From the NCBI GenBank assembly GCA_005893295.1, contig VBOY01000031.1, forward strand, positions 1,730 through 65,729: 64,000 bases of DNA. The letters run 5' to 3'. This DNA is from Candidatus Eiseniibacteriota bacterium (GTDB lineage Bacteria > Eisenbacteria > RBG-16-71-46). Shown here in pieces: positions 46,938-56,770 of this stretch (position 1 is its first letter; each line of letters opens with the position of its first letter). Below the pieces are notes generated by a model. The model saw only the letters and a list, made by a program, of their open reading frames with translations, was not told the origin of the DNA and did no database searches. The translations under genes and the position numbers were made by a program.

Positions 46938-47683
46938 AGCATCTGAGCGCCGCTGACCTGAGCGCCCGGCTCGATGGCAGGCTCGAGCCGGGCCAGCAAG
47001 CGTCGGTGGATCGCCATCTCGAGGAGTGCGCGGAATGCCGCGAGGCGTTGGCGTCGTGGGCGGCGCAGGATGACGCACACGATCCCGGGGACGCCTATTT
47101 CGAGTCGTTCGCCGCCCGGGTCGAAGATCGGGTCCGTTCGGCGGGCCTGAGCGGCGCCCAATCCCGCCTCGAGGGCGGGGCGTTCGACTGGCTGCGATCG
47201 CCTTCCCGGCTGGCCTGGGTGGGCGCGGTGGCGGCGATCGTGGCGGGCGCCGGGCTCGTGTTCATCTCTTCGCGCGAGGTGGGGCGGCCGGGACTGGATC
47301 GCCAGCTTTCGGGACGCATCGGGCAAGTGGCGCCGCCGTCCGGGCCACCCCCGGCGGGCTCCACGTCCACGCGCGACGAATCGAAGCAAGAGTCCAACGA
47401 TGCGCTCCGCGAGCGAGAGCGCGGCCCGAGCTCGAACCAGGCGCGCCCGGCCCCCGGGCAGACGAGGGGTGCTTCCGGTCCAACGGCGCGCGAGGAAGGC
47501 GCGGTGGCTCCCGCGGGCGAGAAGCTGCGGGACTTGGATGCCATCTGGCGAACGCTCCCGAGCGGCTCCAGCCGGCGCGCCGAAACGTCCAGGGCGAAGA
47601 AGTGCCGCTGCGCAAGGAAGCGTATCGGTTCGCGGGACCGCCCGCTTCGACAGAGACCAAGTCCTCGGAGACAGTACGGGTGA
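46934..47683 (+). CDS. zf-HC2 anti-sigma factor, N-terminal segment (probably continues into 47602..48417 through a frameshift)
   Basis: HxxxCxxC motif (HLEECAECREAL) and one TM. The last 40 or so residues of this frame are Arg-rich and look out-of-frame. Confidence 0.6.
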   Translation: MKHLSAADLSARLDGRLEPGQQASVDRHLEECAECREALASWAAQDDAHDPGDAYFESFAARVEDRVRSAGLSGAQSRLEGGAFDWLRSPSRLAWVGAVAAIVAGAGLVFISSREVGRPGLDRQLSGRIGQVAPPSGPPPAGSTSTRDESKQESNDALRERERGPSSNQARPAPGQTRGASGPTAREEGAVAPAGEKLRDLDAIWRTLPSGSSRRAETSRAKKCRCARKRIGSRDRPLRQRPSPRRQYG

Positions 47684-48417
47684 GGAAGCCCGGAGGTGCG
47701 CAGCCGCTCGAGGCGGAGAGCCAGCCTGAAGGTGTGGCGCCGAGCCTGGCGCCGGCCGCGGGGGAGCTGTCATTGTGCGGGCGCGTGCTCGATCCGAAGG
47801 GGCGGCCGGTTGCCGGCGCCCAGATCGCCTTGGCGGACAACGCGCGCACGGCGGTGACGGACGCGAACGGCCACTTCTGTGTGGCCTCTCCCGAGGGCGA
47901 CCACGAGCTTGCGGTGATGGCGGTGGGGTTCCAAAACCAGCGAGCTCCGGTGCGGGTGGCGGGCGAGTCGCCCGAAGTGACCGTCACCTTGCAGCCGGTC
48001 GCCGTGCTGGGTCAGTCCTTCGCCACGCTCAAGCAGCAGCCCCAGGATCGCATGGAACGCCTGGCGGGCGAGGCGGAGAAGGTTGGCGATCCATTCGCGA
48101 GCTTGTCCGGGGATGTGCGAGCCCGGGCGCAGCGCGCTCAGCAACTCACGACCAACGCTGCCAAACGCCGTTCGGCATCGGCGTTCGACGGCGCGGCACG
48201 CGGCTGGGAGGAGCTGCTCGCGCGGGTCGGTCCTGGCCCGGCTCGCACCGCGGCGCGGCTCGCTCTGGCGAACGCGCGCGTCCAGGCGTGGCAGATCGCT
48301 CCGAGCCCGACGCGCGTCCGCGCCGCTCGCACCGCCCTCGCCAGCTACCTCGCCGTGGCGCCCGAGGGGCCGGACCGAGACCGCGCGTTACGCTGGCAGG
48401 AACAGCTCGCGCGATAG
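47602..48417 (+). CDS. Carboxypeptidase-regulatory-like domain segment (likely the C-terminal extracytoplasmic part of the anti-sigma factor)
   Basis: GRVLDPKGRPVAGAQIALADNARTAVTDANGHFCV is CarbopepD_reg-like. The frame stays open far upstream, overlapping the anti-sigma ORF. Confidence 0.55.
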   Translation: MPLRKEAYRFAGPPASTETKSSETVRVRKPGGAQPLEAESQPEGVAPSLAPAAGELSLCGRVLDPKGRPVAGAQIALADNARTAVTDANGHFCVASPEGDHELAVMAVGFQNQRAPVRVAGESPEVTVTLQPVAVLGQSFATLKQQPQDRMERLAGEAEKVGDPFASLSGDVRARAQRAQQLTTNAAKRRSASAFDGAARGWEELLARVGPGPARTAARLALANARVQAWQIAPSPTRVRAARTALASYLAVAPEGPDRDRALRWQEQLAR

Positions 48418-48536
48418 ATCGAGCCGCGGCTTCCCCGCCCCTTCGACCAAGGGCGGCGCGTGACCCACGAACGACTCCAGCGGATTGGGCTTCCTGCCGA
48501 TAACGTCTTCCATCCCGGTCGCGAATCGGAGGACCC

Positions 48537-49640
48537 ATGCCGCTCCTGATGTTGGCTTTGCTGGCTCTGGCCGCGCCCGGGGCCGATCGTGCCCTCTACG
48601 ATCGACTGTGCGAGCGCACCGCCGCGGCATACGACAGCGCCCGCGGAGGATTCGTTCAGGACGGCGTGCCGAGCGAAGCCGCGGTCGAGCTGGGCTTGCT
48701 GCGCGGGCGCGAGCCCGGCGTGTCCGAGTGGAGCAAACGGTCCCTGACGACCATCGCCTGGACGCGCGGGCTGCGCGACACCGTGGGCGGAGGCTTCCTG
48801 CATGGCGCGTCGGACGACCCCCGCGGGTCGTGGCCGCTCAAGCGCGCCGATTCGAACTCTCGCCGGCTCGAGAACCTGCTGCTGGCGTGGCGTGTGACGT
48901 CGGAATCTTCCTATCGTGTCGAGGCGGCCCGGGTCGCCGACTACATGGACCGGGTCCTGCTCGATGGGCGGGGCGGCTTCCTCGCTGAACAGACCCAGGC
49001 CGACCTGGTGCCGGACGCCAACGGATATGCCATTCACGCATGGCTGATGTGGGCAGCAGCCTCGCTCGACCTGGGCAAGAGGGACTTCGCGCTGCGCAGC
49101 CTGGACCGCGTCTGGGAGACCTGCTGGATTCCCGACGTGGGGCTGGTGCGGCGCGACGCCTTCGGAGAAGCGAGTCCCCGCGCGGAGCTCTTAGACCAGG
49201 TCGAGATGGGCCGGGCCTTCCTGCTGGCCGCGCGTCTCGTCGGACGCGACAGCGACGCCACGCGCGCACGCACGCTGGGAGACATCGTGCTCGGGCACTT
49301 CGCCGATCCGGAGCGGGGCGGCTTCAGCGCCCAATGGGCGACCACGAAAACGGGAAAGGTCAAGCGAGAGAAACCGCTGGCTGTGGAGAACGCGCGGGCT
49401 GCGCTCTTCCTCTGCGAGCTGAGCACCCTGACCGGCCAAGCGCGCTACCGTGACGGCGCGCGGGGCGCCTGGACGTCGTTCACCAAGCGCTTCCCGAAGA
49501 GTGACCTGGTCGCGGCCGATTGGGCGATTGCCGTGCGGGCCGCGATCGAACCCTCGCTGCCGTCGCGGCCGCAATGGCCGAAGCCGGCCGCACCTGCCCT
49601 GGCCAGGCGCTCGATGACCTTCCACACCGGAAAGCGATAG
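48537..49640 (+). CDS. Secreted protein, possibly (alpha/alpha)6-toroid N-acylglucosamine 2-epimerase-superfamily-like
   Basis: Signal peptide, GGF/DANGY-type repeats. GGAGG RBS. The assignment is weak. Confidence 0.5.
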   Translation: MPLLMLALLALAAPGADRALYDRLCERTAAAYDSARGGFVQDGVPSEAAVELGLLRGREPGVSEWSKRSLTTIAWTRGLRDTVGGGFLHGASDDPRGSWPLKRADSNSRRLENLLLAWRVTSESSYRVEAARVADYMDRVLLDGRGGFLAEQTQADLVPDANGYAIHAWLMWAAASLDLGKRDFALRSLDRVWETCWIPDVGLVRRDAFGEASPRAELLDQVEMGRAFLLAARLVGRDSDATRARTLGDIVLGHFADPERGGFSAQWATTKTGKVKREKPLAVENARAALFLCELSTLTGQARYRDGARGAWTSFTKRFPKSDLVAADWAIAVRAAIEPSLPSRPQWPKPAAPALARRSMTFHTGKR

Positions 49641-49788
49641 CACTTCGCCGGACCCAGCACCGCACCGGAACCGTCCATGCGCCTCTCAGGGGGCTGAGCG
49701 GCTCGGCCCTCCAGGTGCCCCGGTGCGGGCGGCGGTGGCTCGAACCGTCTTGCTACCACGGAGCGCGCCGTGACACCCTGATGTCTCC

Positions 49789-50716
49789 ATGCTCCAAGAT
49801 GAATCTGGCGCCCCGGCCGCCATATCGGCCCATGGTCCCACATCCGATCCCGCCTGCCCCGCCTGCCTCTCCCGTTCGGTCGTGCATGTCGGGGAGGCGC
49901 ACCATCTCTCGCTCTGGCGCTGCAGGTCCTGCCGCGTCGTCTTCACGCATCCCCAGCCCCGCCAAAGATTGCGAGAGAAGTACCTTCGAGAATACGACCT
50001 GGCGACCTACTTCGAGTCGTTGGAGCTGCGGAGGCGCGTGCTCTACGAACGGCGACTCGCATGGCTTCCCAAGCCAGTTTCGGGGCGCGATCGCCTGTGC
50101 GACGTCGGTTGCGCGGACGGTCAGTTTCTGGACTCGCTGCGGAGCTCGCCCCTTCGGCCTGGAGCTCAGTCCCCGCGCCGCAGAGAAGGCGCGATCTCGA
50201 GGCGTGGAGATCGCTCTCGGCGGGCTGGAGGAGCTCGACGAGCTTCCTTGGGGAACCTTCGACCTCGTGACCAGCTGGGAAGTGTTCGAGCACACTCCCG
50301 ACCCGCGGCCGTTCGGCGAGCGCCTCGTTCGGCTCTTGTCGCGGAATGGCGTGCTGGCCCGCAGCGTCCCCAACTACGACAGCCTCGCGCGGCGCGTGTT
50401 CGGAATGAAATGGTCGCTGCTGAGCGAGGATCATTTCACGTATTGGACCTCGCACGCGCTTCGCTGCCTGTTGGAATCACAGGGGCTCGAGCTCGAACAG
50501 GTCCACACGATGGGCTTGGGACTTGATTTCGTGTCGTTCGTGGATCGTGGGCGGACCCAGGACGCGCCGGCTCCTCGATGGGACGCCTCCCCAGCCACGG
50601 AGCGACAGCCCTGGGACGTCAACCCCCTGGCCCTCGCGGTCGAGGATCTCGTGAACGGAATGTTCCGTCTCACCGGCGGGGGCGTCGATTTGGCGGCCGC
50701 CTTCCGCAAACCCTGA
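49789..50716 (+). pseudogene. Zn-ribbon plus class-I SAM-dependent methyltransferase, frameshifted at the CCCC run near 50148
   Basis: CPAC...CRSC ribbon and DVGCADG motif I are in frame 1. The rest (FGLELSPRAAEKARSRGVEIA...DLVTSWEVFEH) is in frame 2. Deleting one C fuses the two. Confidence 0.65.
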
Positions 50717-50776
50717 TCGGCCGTTTACTGAGCCTTCGCACCGCGGTCCCGCGCTCGATGGCCTTCCCAGGAAGGG

Positions 50777-52532
50777 CTAGCCAGCCGGGGCTACGCCCTC
50801 GGATCCCGGTTCGGGACGTTCGCACGGGGCCGGGACGAGGTCAGCCATGCACCTCGAGACCGCGAGCCCTCGCCGGCTCTTCTCGGCAATGAGATCCAGT
50901 ACGTGCTCCAGTCGCGCCATGCGCTTCTGCGTATCGACGCCAAGGTTGTGAGGGTGCCACCACAAATGGAACACCTCGTCGGGACTCGTGAAGGTGAGCT
51001 CGCGCCGAATGCGCGCGAGGTGGAGGCCCCAGGCCGCGTCTGTGAGGTCCGTTCGCAAGAACAAGCTCGCGCGCGTCATGCACCCATCCAGGGCGCAGGC
51101 GCGGCGCACCAAAGGATCCACGGCGTCCAGCCACCGGAGCGCCCGGGCGACGACGTGTTGGCTCGTGGCTGGGGTCTTCCTGTGGTACCAAGGCGTCTCG
51201 TTGCCTCGCCAGATACGAATCCCGCAATCGTGTACGACGGACGTGAATGCGGTCTGGTTCCTGGGGAACGACCGCCTCCAGATCTCCCTTCACGTCCGCG
51301 GCAGTCACGCCAGCCTCATCCATCGGAATGTGGGAGAACGTGTGCGTGCCCAGCTCTTGGCCAGGTGTGTCATGGATGCTCTGCACGAGATCGGGGGCGA
51401 AGTAGAGCTTGCCGGCGGGGTCCAGCTCCGCGTAGAGCGGGCTCACCGCGAGCTGCCGATTCGCGTACCTCGGGGAGAGCGGGGCACGGCGGAAGTATTC
51501 GTCCCAGTTCTTGCATGCCAGCCCACCGACCGTCGCCCACGTGGCGCGAATCACTCGTTCTGCGAACAGCTTGAGGAGTGCGGGGACGACGGTCCGTTCC
51601 GCCTCGAGGTTCTCGCGATACGCATCCATTTGGTACCTGAGTCTGTGATGCACGCCCCAGCGCATCTCGAAGTCCAGCGAGATCACGATGCTGGGCAGGT
51701 CCCCTCGCCCGGGCACCGCCGGGGCGTGAGCCACGCTGGTGACGACGTGGGCGGGCTGGGTGGTCATTTGCGTGCGATCAGGCACCCTTCGTGGGGATGG
51801 CGATAGGAACATGAGATTGGACAGCACACGGATCGGGAACAGCACGGGGCGAGGTGCAAATGACGTTGTCAAGAGATCGAACGCGGTGTGCAAACGGTTG
51901 CCCTGAGCGTACACGCTGGTCGACGAGAAGCCGCGGAACAGCTCGATCAGCCCCCGTCGCGTGGGCCGCCAATAATCGTGATGATCGTGGAAGAGGAAGG
52001 GGACCGTGATGACCGCCATGCCACCGCTTTTGAGAACGCGGTGGAGCTCCCCGGCGAATCGAACCGGGTCCGCGACGTATTCCAGGACCTCGGTAGCAAG
52101 GACACAGTCGAAGCCTCCGTCATGGAACGGTAGGGCCGCACCATCACCGACGACATCCGGGTCCCGACGGCCCCGCGTAATGTCGAGCGCGACGTACCTG
52201 TGGACTCCGTTGAAGAGCCCCCGATAAGGGTCTTCCCCGGCGCCGACGACCAGCACCGACGTGACGCCCCCGAAGTCGATGCAGCGCAGGGAGCGCCGAA
52301 TCAGCACATTTCGCGCGGTCGGAAATACCCTGTGGAGGGCGCCTCGAAGGCGACCCCCATCGGTCGGCATGGTGCTTCCCATCTCGGCCCCGCAATGAAA
52401 TGAGTCTATCGAAGATTTGGGAGCGACGATCGCCGAGTCTGTGGGCCGTGGAGGGAAGAAGATGGCCCCACAGCCCCAGAGCATGCTTGGCGCGATGATG
52501 AATCGCACCCTGCCAGCCGCGTCCGCGGCCAT
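50777..52532 (-). pseudogene. Methyltransferase fused to a polysaccharide deacetylase (NodB-like with DUF3473-like C-terminus), disrupted by a frameshift or frameshifts near 51.1-51.3 kb
   Basis: MTase motifs (VLVVGAGEDP, VLKSGGMAVITVP) are followed by deacetylase motifs (SIVISLDFE, ELGTHTFSHIP). The C-terminal motif VFHLWWHPHNLG continues in another frame (50777..51121). Confidence 0.55.
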
Positions 52533-52873
52533 CGTCTGCAGCCTTACTTCAGCGCCTTTACCTCATCCTCTGATGGGCGAGATCAGATCGACACCGCCTT
52601 GGAACAGACCCGGTCACAGGCGGTGCCGCGTGAGCGAAGCGGACGAGAACGACGAAAAAGATAGGGTCTTTCCCGGGGTTTTGCCAGGGGAGACTGTCGG
52701 TAGGAGACCCGAGTCGCCTCGGCCCAAGCGTGAGCGGCGGCCCACCGGGACACCATGGGCGCGGTAGGCCCGAAGACACCCCGCGCGCGCCTTTTGGCCG
52801 GGGCAAGCCCCGACGGTGGCCCACTCGACCGAATCGGCTCTGGGACGGCAGGGGTTTGCACCCCCGCGTCGTG

Positions 52874-54139
52874 CTACAGGGTTCGATACAAGTCGGCGAG
52901 CTGGGGCACGAAGAGCTCGGTGGCGAATCGGTCTGCCGACCAGCGACTGAACGCCATCCGCTCCTCGGCCGTGAAGTCTCGCAGGCAAAAGGATCGGATC
53001 TTCTCCGTCATGGTGCTCAGGTCCGACACGTCGGGCAGGACACAGGCGAGCGCCGAGTCTCGCACTTGTGCGGAGAAGTCGCCGATGCCCTCGGTGGTGA
53101 GGATCGGGAGCCCCGAGAGGGCGTACTCGGCGAACTTGCCCGGAGAGGCGACCTCGTTCATGACGTGACGCTCCCGCAACAAGAGCCCCAGGTCACTGGC
53201 GCAGAGGTAGTCCACTACGTCCATATGTTGGCACGAGTGGAAGCGGTGGTCCTCTCTCGATACTCCTGCGCGTTCCAATTCTCCCTCGATGTAGCGTCGA
53301 TCTCCTTCCGGCGTGAGGATCAGGAATTGAGCCGAGGGTCGATAGCGCTTGATCAGCACGAAGGCTTCCACCAGCTTGGCGGGGACCTGCCAGGGTCCCC
53401 GCAAGTTCCCGCTGTAGATGACCAGGAACCGGTCCCCGATGGCCAACTCCGTCCGGATCCGCTGCCGCTTGGCGGGATCGAAGTAAAACTCCTTGCGGCT
53501 CGCAGAGGTGGGAAACACCCAAAGCCTTCGAGCCTGGTCGTCGGTCAAGTGGTGGCGCTGGGTGAGTAGCTGCTTCAGGTTGTGCGAAACGCAGATCACC
53601 GCATCGCTGTGACGAATCATTCTGTGCTGCTCACGCGAAAAGAACCACTCTTGCAGGCGCCGCCCGATCGTCTCGAGCGGAGAGGGCCGAATCGCTCGTG
53701 AGCGTTCGTAGCCGATCTCGGTGGGCCGGTCTCCCTCCAACTCTGAAATGACGCGCAGGTCAGGCCACCAGCGCTTGATGGCGAGGGCCAGGCGGGCCAT
53801 CGCCAGCTGGCGGGCATGCACGAGCACGCGGCGGCGAGGGCCGCGCGGCCCCAGAATCCTGGCCAGGAAGGGAATCGACAGGCCGGGAAAGAGACTCCAG
53901 ACGGGAACGTAATGCACGCCCGCGGGCACCTGATCGCGGAGCGCCGCGATGGGATTGGGCCCGACGAAATGGCGGTTGCTCCATGCCCGTAGGGTGGCGA
54001 AGGGACTGAGGGAGACGCGGAGCCGGGGAACGAGGACGATCGGGAGCCCCTCTTCGCCGAGTCGCTGGATGAGGTCGACGTACTGCCCGGTGTGGAGCGG
54101 ATCGCCTCCCAAGTAGTAGTAGGAGCTTTCGATGTCCAT
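52874..54139 (-). CDS. Glycosyltransferase family 4
   Basis: GT-B fold with C-terminal E-x7-E-type motifs; 421 aa. Confidence 0.8.
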   Translation of the reverse strand: MDIESSYYYLGGDPLHTGQYVDLIQRLGEEGLPIVLVPRLRVSLSPFATLRAWSNRHFVGPNPIAALRDQVPAGVHYVPVWSLFPGLSIPFLARILGPRGPRRRVLVHARQLAMARLALAIKRWWPDLRVISELEGDRPTEIGYERSRAIRPSPLETIGRRLQEWFFSREQHRMIRHSDAVICVSHNLKQLLTQRHHLTDDQARRLWVFPTSASRKEFYFDPAKRQRIRTELAIGDRFLVIYSGNLRGPWQVPAKLVEAFVLIKRYRPSAQFLILTPEGDRRYIEGELERAGVSREDHRFHSCQHMDVVDYLCASDLGLLLRERHVMNEVASPGKFAEYALSGLPILTTEGIGDFSAQVRDSALACVLPDVSDLSTMTEKIRSFCLRDFTAEERMAFSRWSADRFATELFVPQLADLYRTL

Positions 54140-54147
54140 TCGCGTGT

Positions 54148-54621
54148 CTACATGCCTTCGCCTGATTCGGCAAAGTTGAGGTCAAGCATAGGTAATGACT
54201 TGAGCGAGATCGAACCGCGTGGCGAGGACCGGTTGTACGGCGCGCAACACCGCCGGCCGCGGCCGTCCCCAACGCACCAGCAGCCGCCGCAGGATCTTCC
54301 ACAGGTGACCGACAGCGCGGCGTCCAGCACCTGGCCGATCGCTCGGGCAAGCAGCTCGAGTGCCCGCGCGCCGTCGTCCACCGCGGGCCGTTCGTTCTTG
54401 GTTCGACCGTCCCTCAGTGCGGCCTCCCCGTGAGACGCGAAACGCGCTACGATGCGCACCGCAGTCGAGGGTACGCAGCCGAGCTCACGCGCAGCAACGT
54501 TGCGCGTCATGCCGGCCGCCACCTTCAGCAGCTCGCGGCAGCGCACTCGAACTCCGGCATCCCGCGTCTTGGGGTCCAGCCGCCGAGACCACAGGAGGGT
54601 CCGTCTGAGTCGAAGCCTCAT
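54148..54621 (-). pseudogene. Truncated IS630-family transposase (N-terminal HTH region only)
   Basis: MRLRLRRTLLWSRRLDPKTRDAGVRVRCRELLKVAAGMTRNVAARELGCVPSTAVRIVARF is an IS630-type HTH. The ORF ends in the left TIR after about 158 aa. Confidence 0.55.
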
Positions 54622-54733
54622 CGTGAGCCTCTTTGTCCCTTGGCGTTGTTCAGGAGCTGCACTCAAGGGATACAAGGGAGGTCTCACGTTTTTCAAGGCC
54701 TTATGCCCACTAATTCCGAATCAGGCGAAGGCA
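54152..54733. mobile_element. IS630-like miniature element (internally deleted IS) with perfect 18-bp terminal inverted repeats
   Basis: TGCCTTCGCCTGATTCGG at 54152-54169 and its exact reverse complement at 54716-54733. The interior encodes only the N-terminal HTH part of a transposase. Confidence 0.7.
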
Positions 54734-54747
54734 CTTAAGAGGAGATC

Positions 54748-55296
54748 GTGGCGAGACTCGGGGAGTCACTCCGCCGCGAGAAGGACCAGCCCGACCGCGA
54801 GGCGGCACCTCTTGAGGCCGAGGAACGTTCGCTGGTCGCCGCATTGAAAGACCTCGAGCAGCTTGCGCACGCGATCGGCGATCCGAAACGCGCCACCTTC
54901 ACGCTCATGTGCCACGGCTGGCAGAAGACGTACCGCTTCGTGGATTCCCGTGGGAAAGCTCCGCCGCTACGCTACGACGACCCTCTGCACGAGGTCACGC
55001 GGCAGGAGCGTCGTTCGCTTCTGGTTGTCCGCTTCATCGCCCTGCTGATCTCAAGAGCCGGGCTCCTACTGGCCAAGATCGAGGGGTTCGGCCTGGAGTT
55101 CCCTGCACTTGATCCGAGATGGCTGCTGTCCTCATGCTCGATTCTACGTGAGTTACGCGACTTGTCGTCGGAGGAATTCGCGCGCCTTCGCGTGAGAGCG
55201 CGAGAGCGCATCGCGGACCATTCGACTCTCGGCCGCCCGCTCGCGGAACATGAGGCGCTCTACGAAGCGGCAGGCGGCGGGTCGGCCGCGGAATGA
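54748..55296 (+). CDS. Hypothetical protein (no recognisable domain)
   Basis: 182-aa ORF with a GTG start whose stop overlaps the next GT4 start (ATGA). GC is lower than in the core genes. Confidence 0.5.
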   Translation: MARLGESLRREKDQPDREAAPLEAEERSLVAALKDLEQLAHAIGDPKRATFTLMCHGWQKTYRFVDSRGKAPPLRYDDPLHEVTRQERRSLLVVRFIALLISRAGLLLAKIEGFGLEFPALDPRWLLSSCSILRELRDLSSEEFARLRVRARERIADHSTLGRPLAEHEALYEAAGGGSAAE

Positions 55297-56417
55297 GCAA
55301 GCGAATTCTTTTTGTGGCCGCGGAAGCAGCGTTCTTTGTGACGCATCGCCTCCCTCTTGCGATCGCCGCTCGCAATCGCGGCTACGACGTGCACATCGCT
55401 ACGCCGAGCGGGCGCCTGCTGGAAGTGATTCGCGCCCATGATTTCCCGTGGCACCGAATCGTCGTAATGCGGCCGACGCGTCTTCTTCGTGAGGCGGCAG
55501 CCGTACCGGATCTCGCGGTCCTCTATCGGCGCGTCAGCCCTGATCTTGTCCATCACATCGCCTTGAAGACGGTGCTCTACGGAACGATTGCCGCGCGCAT
55601 GATGCGCGTGCCGGCGGTCGTGAATGCCGTGGCAGGTCTCGGCTACGCGTTCGATGAACGCCGTGCGCGCACAATCCTGGGACGCGGAGTGGCGTTCGCG
55701 TTCGGCAATCTCCTGCGGCATCCGCGTATGCGTGTGATTTTTCAGAACGTCGAAGATCGCGAAGCATTCGTGCGTCGCGGCTGGATCGATGCCAGGCAGG
55801 CGATGCTGATCCGCGGATCGGGTGTCGACACATCGATCTTCACACCGGCCGAGCACGTGCCTGAAGGCACCCCGCTCGTGATCATGGCCTCGCGTCTGCT
55901 GGCGACCAAGGGTGTGGCAGATTTCGTCGAAGCCGCCCGCAAAGTTGCTCAATCGAGTGTGGCGGCGCGCTTCGCGATCGCGGGCGAGCCCGACCCGGAC
56001 AATCCGGAGACGATCACACGCAAAGAACTCGAAGCGTGGCAACGCGAAGGGGTTGTGGAAGTGTGGGGCCGCAGAAACGACATGGCGGAAGTACTGCGCG
56101 CGGCATCGCTTTTCGTTCTGCCGACGTACTATCGCGAAGGTGTGCCAAAAGCACTCATCGAAGCGGCAGCGGCCGGACTTCCCGCGATCACGACCGACAC
56201 GCCGGGATGCCGCGACATCGTCTTGAATGGAGAGACCGGATTGCTCGTGCAGCCGCGCGATGTGTCGAAGCTCGCGGATGCAATCGAGGAGTTGCTGCGC
56301 GATCCGGAGCGGCGACGGGAGATGGGCCGCCGCGCACGCGAGCGCGTGCTCGCCCATTTCTCGCTCGATCAGGTCATCGAGCAAACGATGTCCATTTACG
56401 CGGAGTTGCTCGATTGA
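55293..56417 (+). CDS. Glycosyltransferase family 4 (WbuB-like)
   Basis: MSKRILFVAAEAAFFVTHRLPLA... and a C-terminal GT4 motif (EGVPKALIEAAAAGLPAITTDTPG). Confidence 0.85.
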   Translation: MSKRILFVAAEAAFFVTHRLPLAIAARNRGYDVHIATPSGRLLEVIRAHDFPWHRIVVMRPTRLLREAAAVPDLAVLYRRVSPDLVHHIALKTVLYGTIAARMMRVPAVVNAVAGLGYAFDERRARTILGRGVAFAFGNLLRHPRMRVIFQNVEDREAFVRRGWIDARQAMLIRGSGVDTSIFTPAEHVPEGTPLVIMASRLLATKGVADFVEAARKVAQSSVAARFAIAGEPDPDNPETITRKELEAWQREGVVEVWGRRNDMAEVLRAASLFVLPTYYREGVPKALIEAAAAGLPAITTDTPGCRDIVLNGETGLLVQPRDVSKLADAIEELLRDPERRREMGRRARERVLAHFSLDQVIEQTMSIYAELLD

Positions 56418-56514
56418 CTCTTTTAGCTCGGCCCACGTGACAAGATGCCCTCGTACGACTCCATGTGGAGCTTCACGTGTCGCTCGAGCGAGTGCCACTG
56501 CTCGACGATGGGGC

Positions 56515-56670
56515 TTACCGCCGAGCCAGGGTCATCCGCATGGAGTCGTTGCCGACGAGATCCTCGATGGCTCGGGCCAATGTCGCCGGGTCGACGAGAC
56601 GGAGCGCGATGCCGGCGACTGGGGGTTGAAGCGCTTGCCGACTAGATCTCGGATCGTGATCTGCAAGACG
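56515..56670 (-). pseudogene. Possible remnant of a GT4 C-terminus (no start codon)
   Basis: The minus-strand frame reads ...IALRLVDPATLARAIEDLVGNDSMRMTLARR*, matching the GT4 LV.P.D...LA.AIE.L tail pattern. About 50 codons lie between stops. Confidence 0.3.
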
Positions 56671-56770
56671 TTAGTGGGGGAGGGCGCGATGGCGTCGCCC
56701 ACCGCGGTCGGAGGTGTGCCGTAAGGGGGGCATTTCGGAGTGGAGTGTCACCCCGGTACGCTCCGAGAGC

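Noticed and set aside
52417-52767. 116-aa ORF in the intergenic region between the GT4 gene and the methyltransferase-deacetylase gene
   Set aside because: No domain, no RBS and mixed composition. More likely a promoter-containing spacer.
52860-52900. tRNA-like T-arm motif (GGTTCGATAC)
   Set aside because: No matching acceptor or anticodon stems could be built, and it lies at the 3' end of a GT4 coding region. No convincing tRNA, rRNA or CRISPR repeats were seen anywhere in the window.
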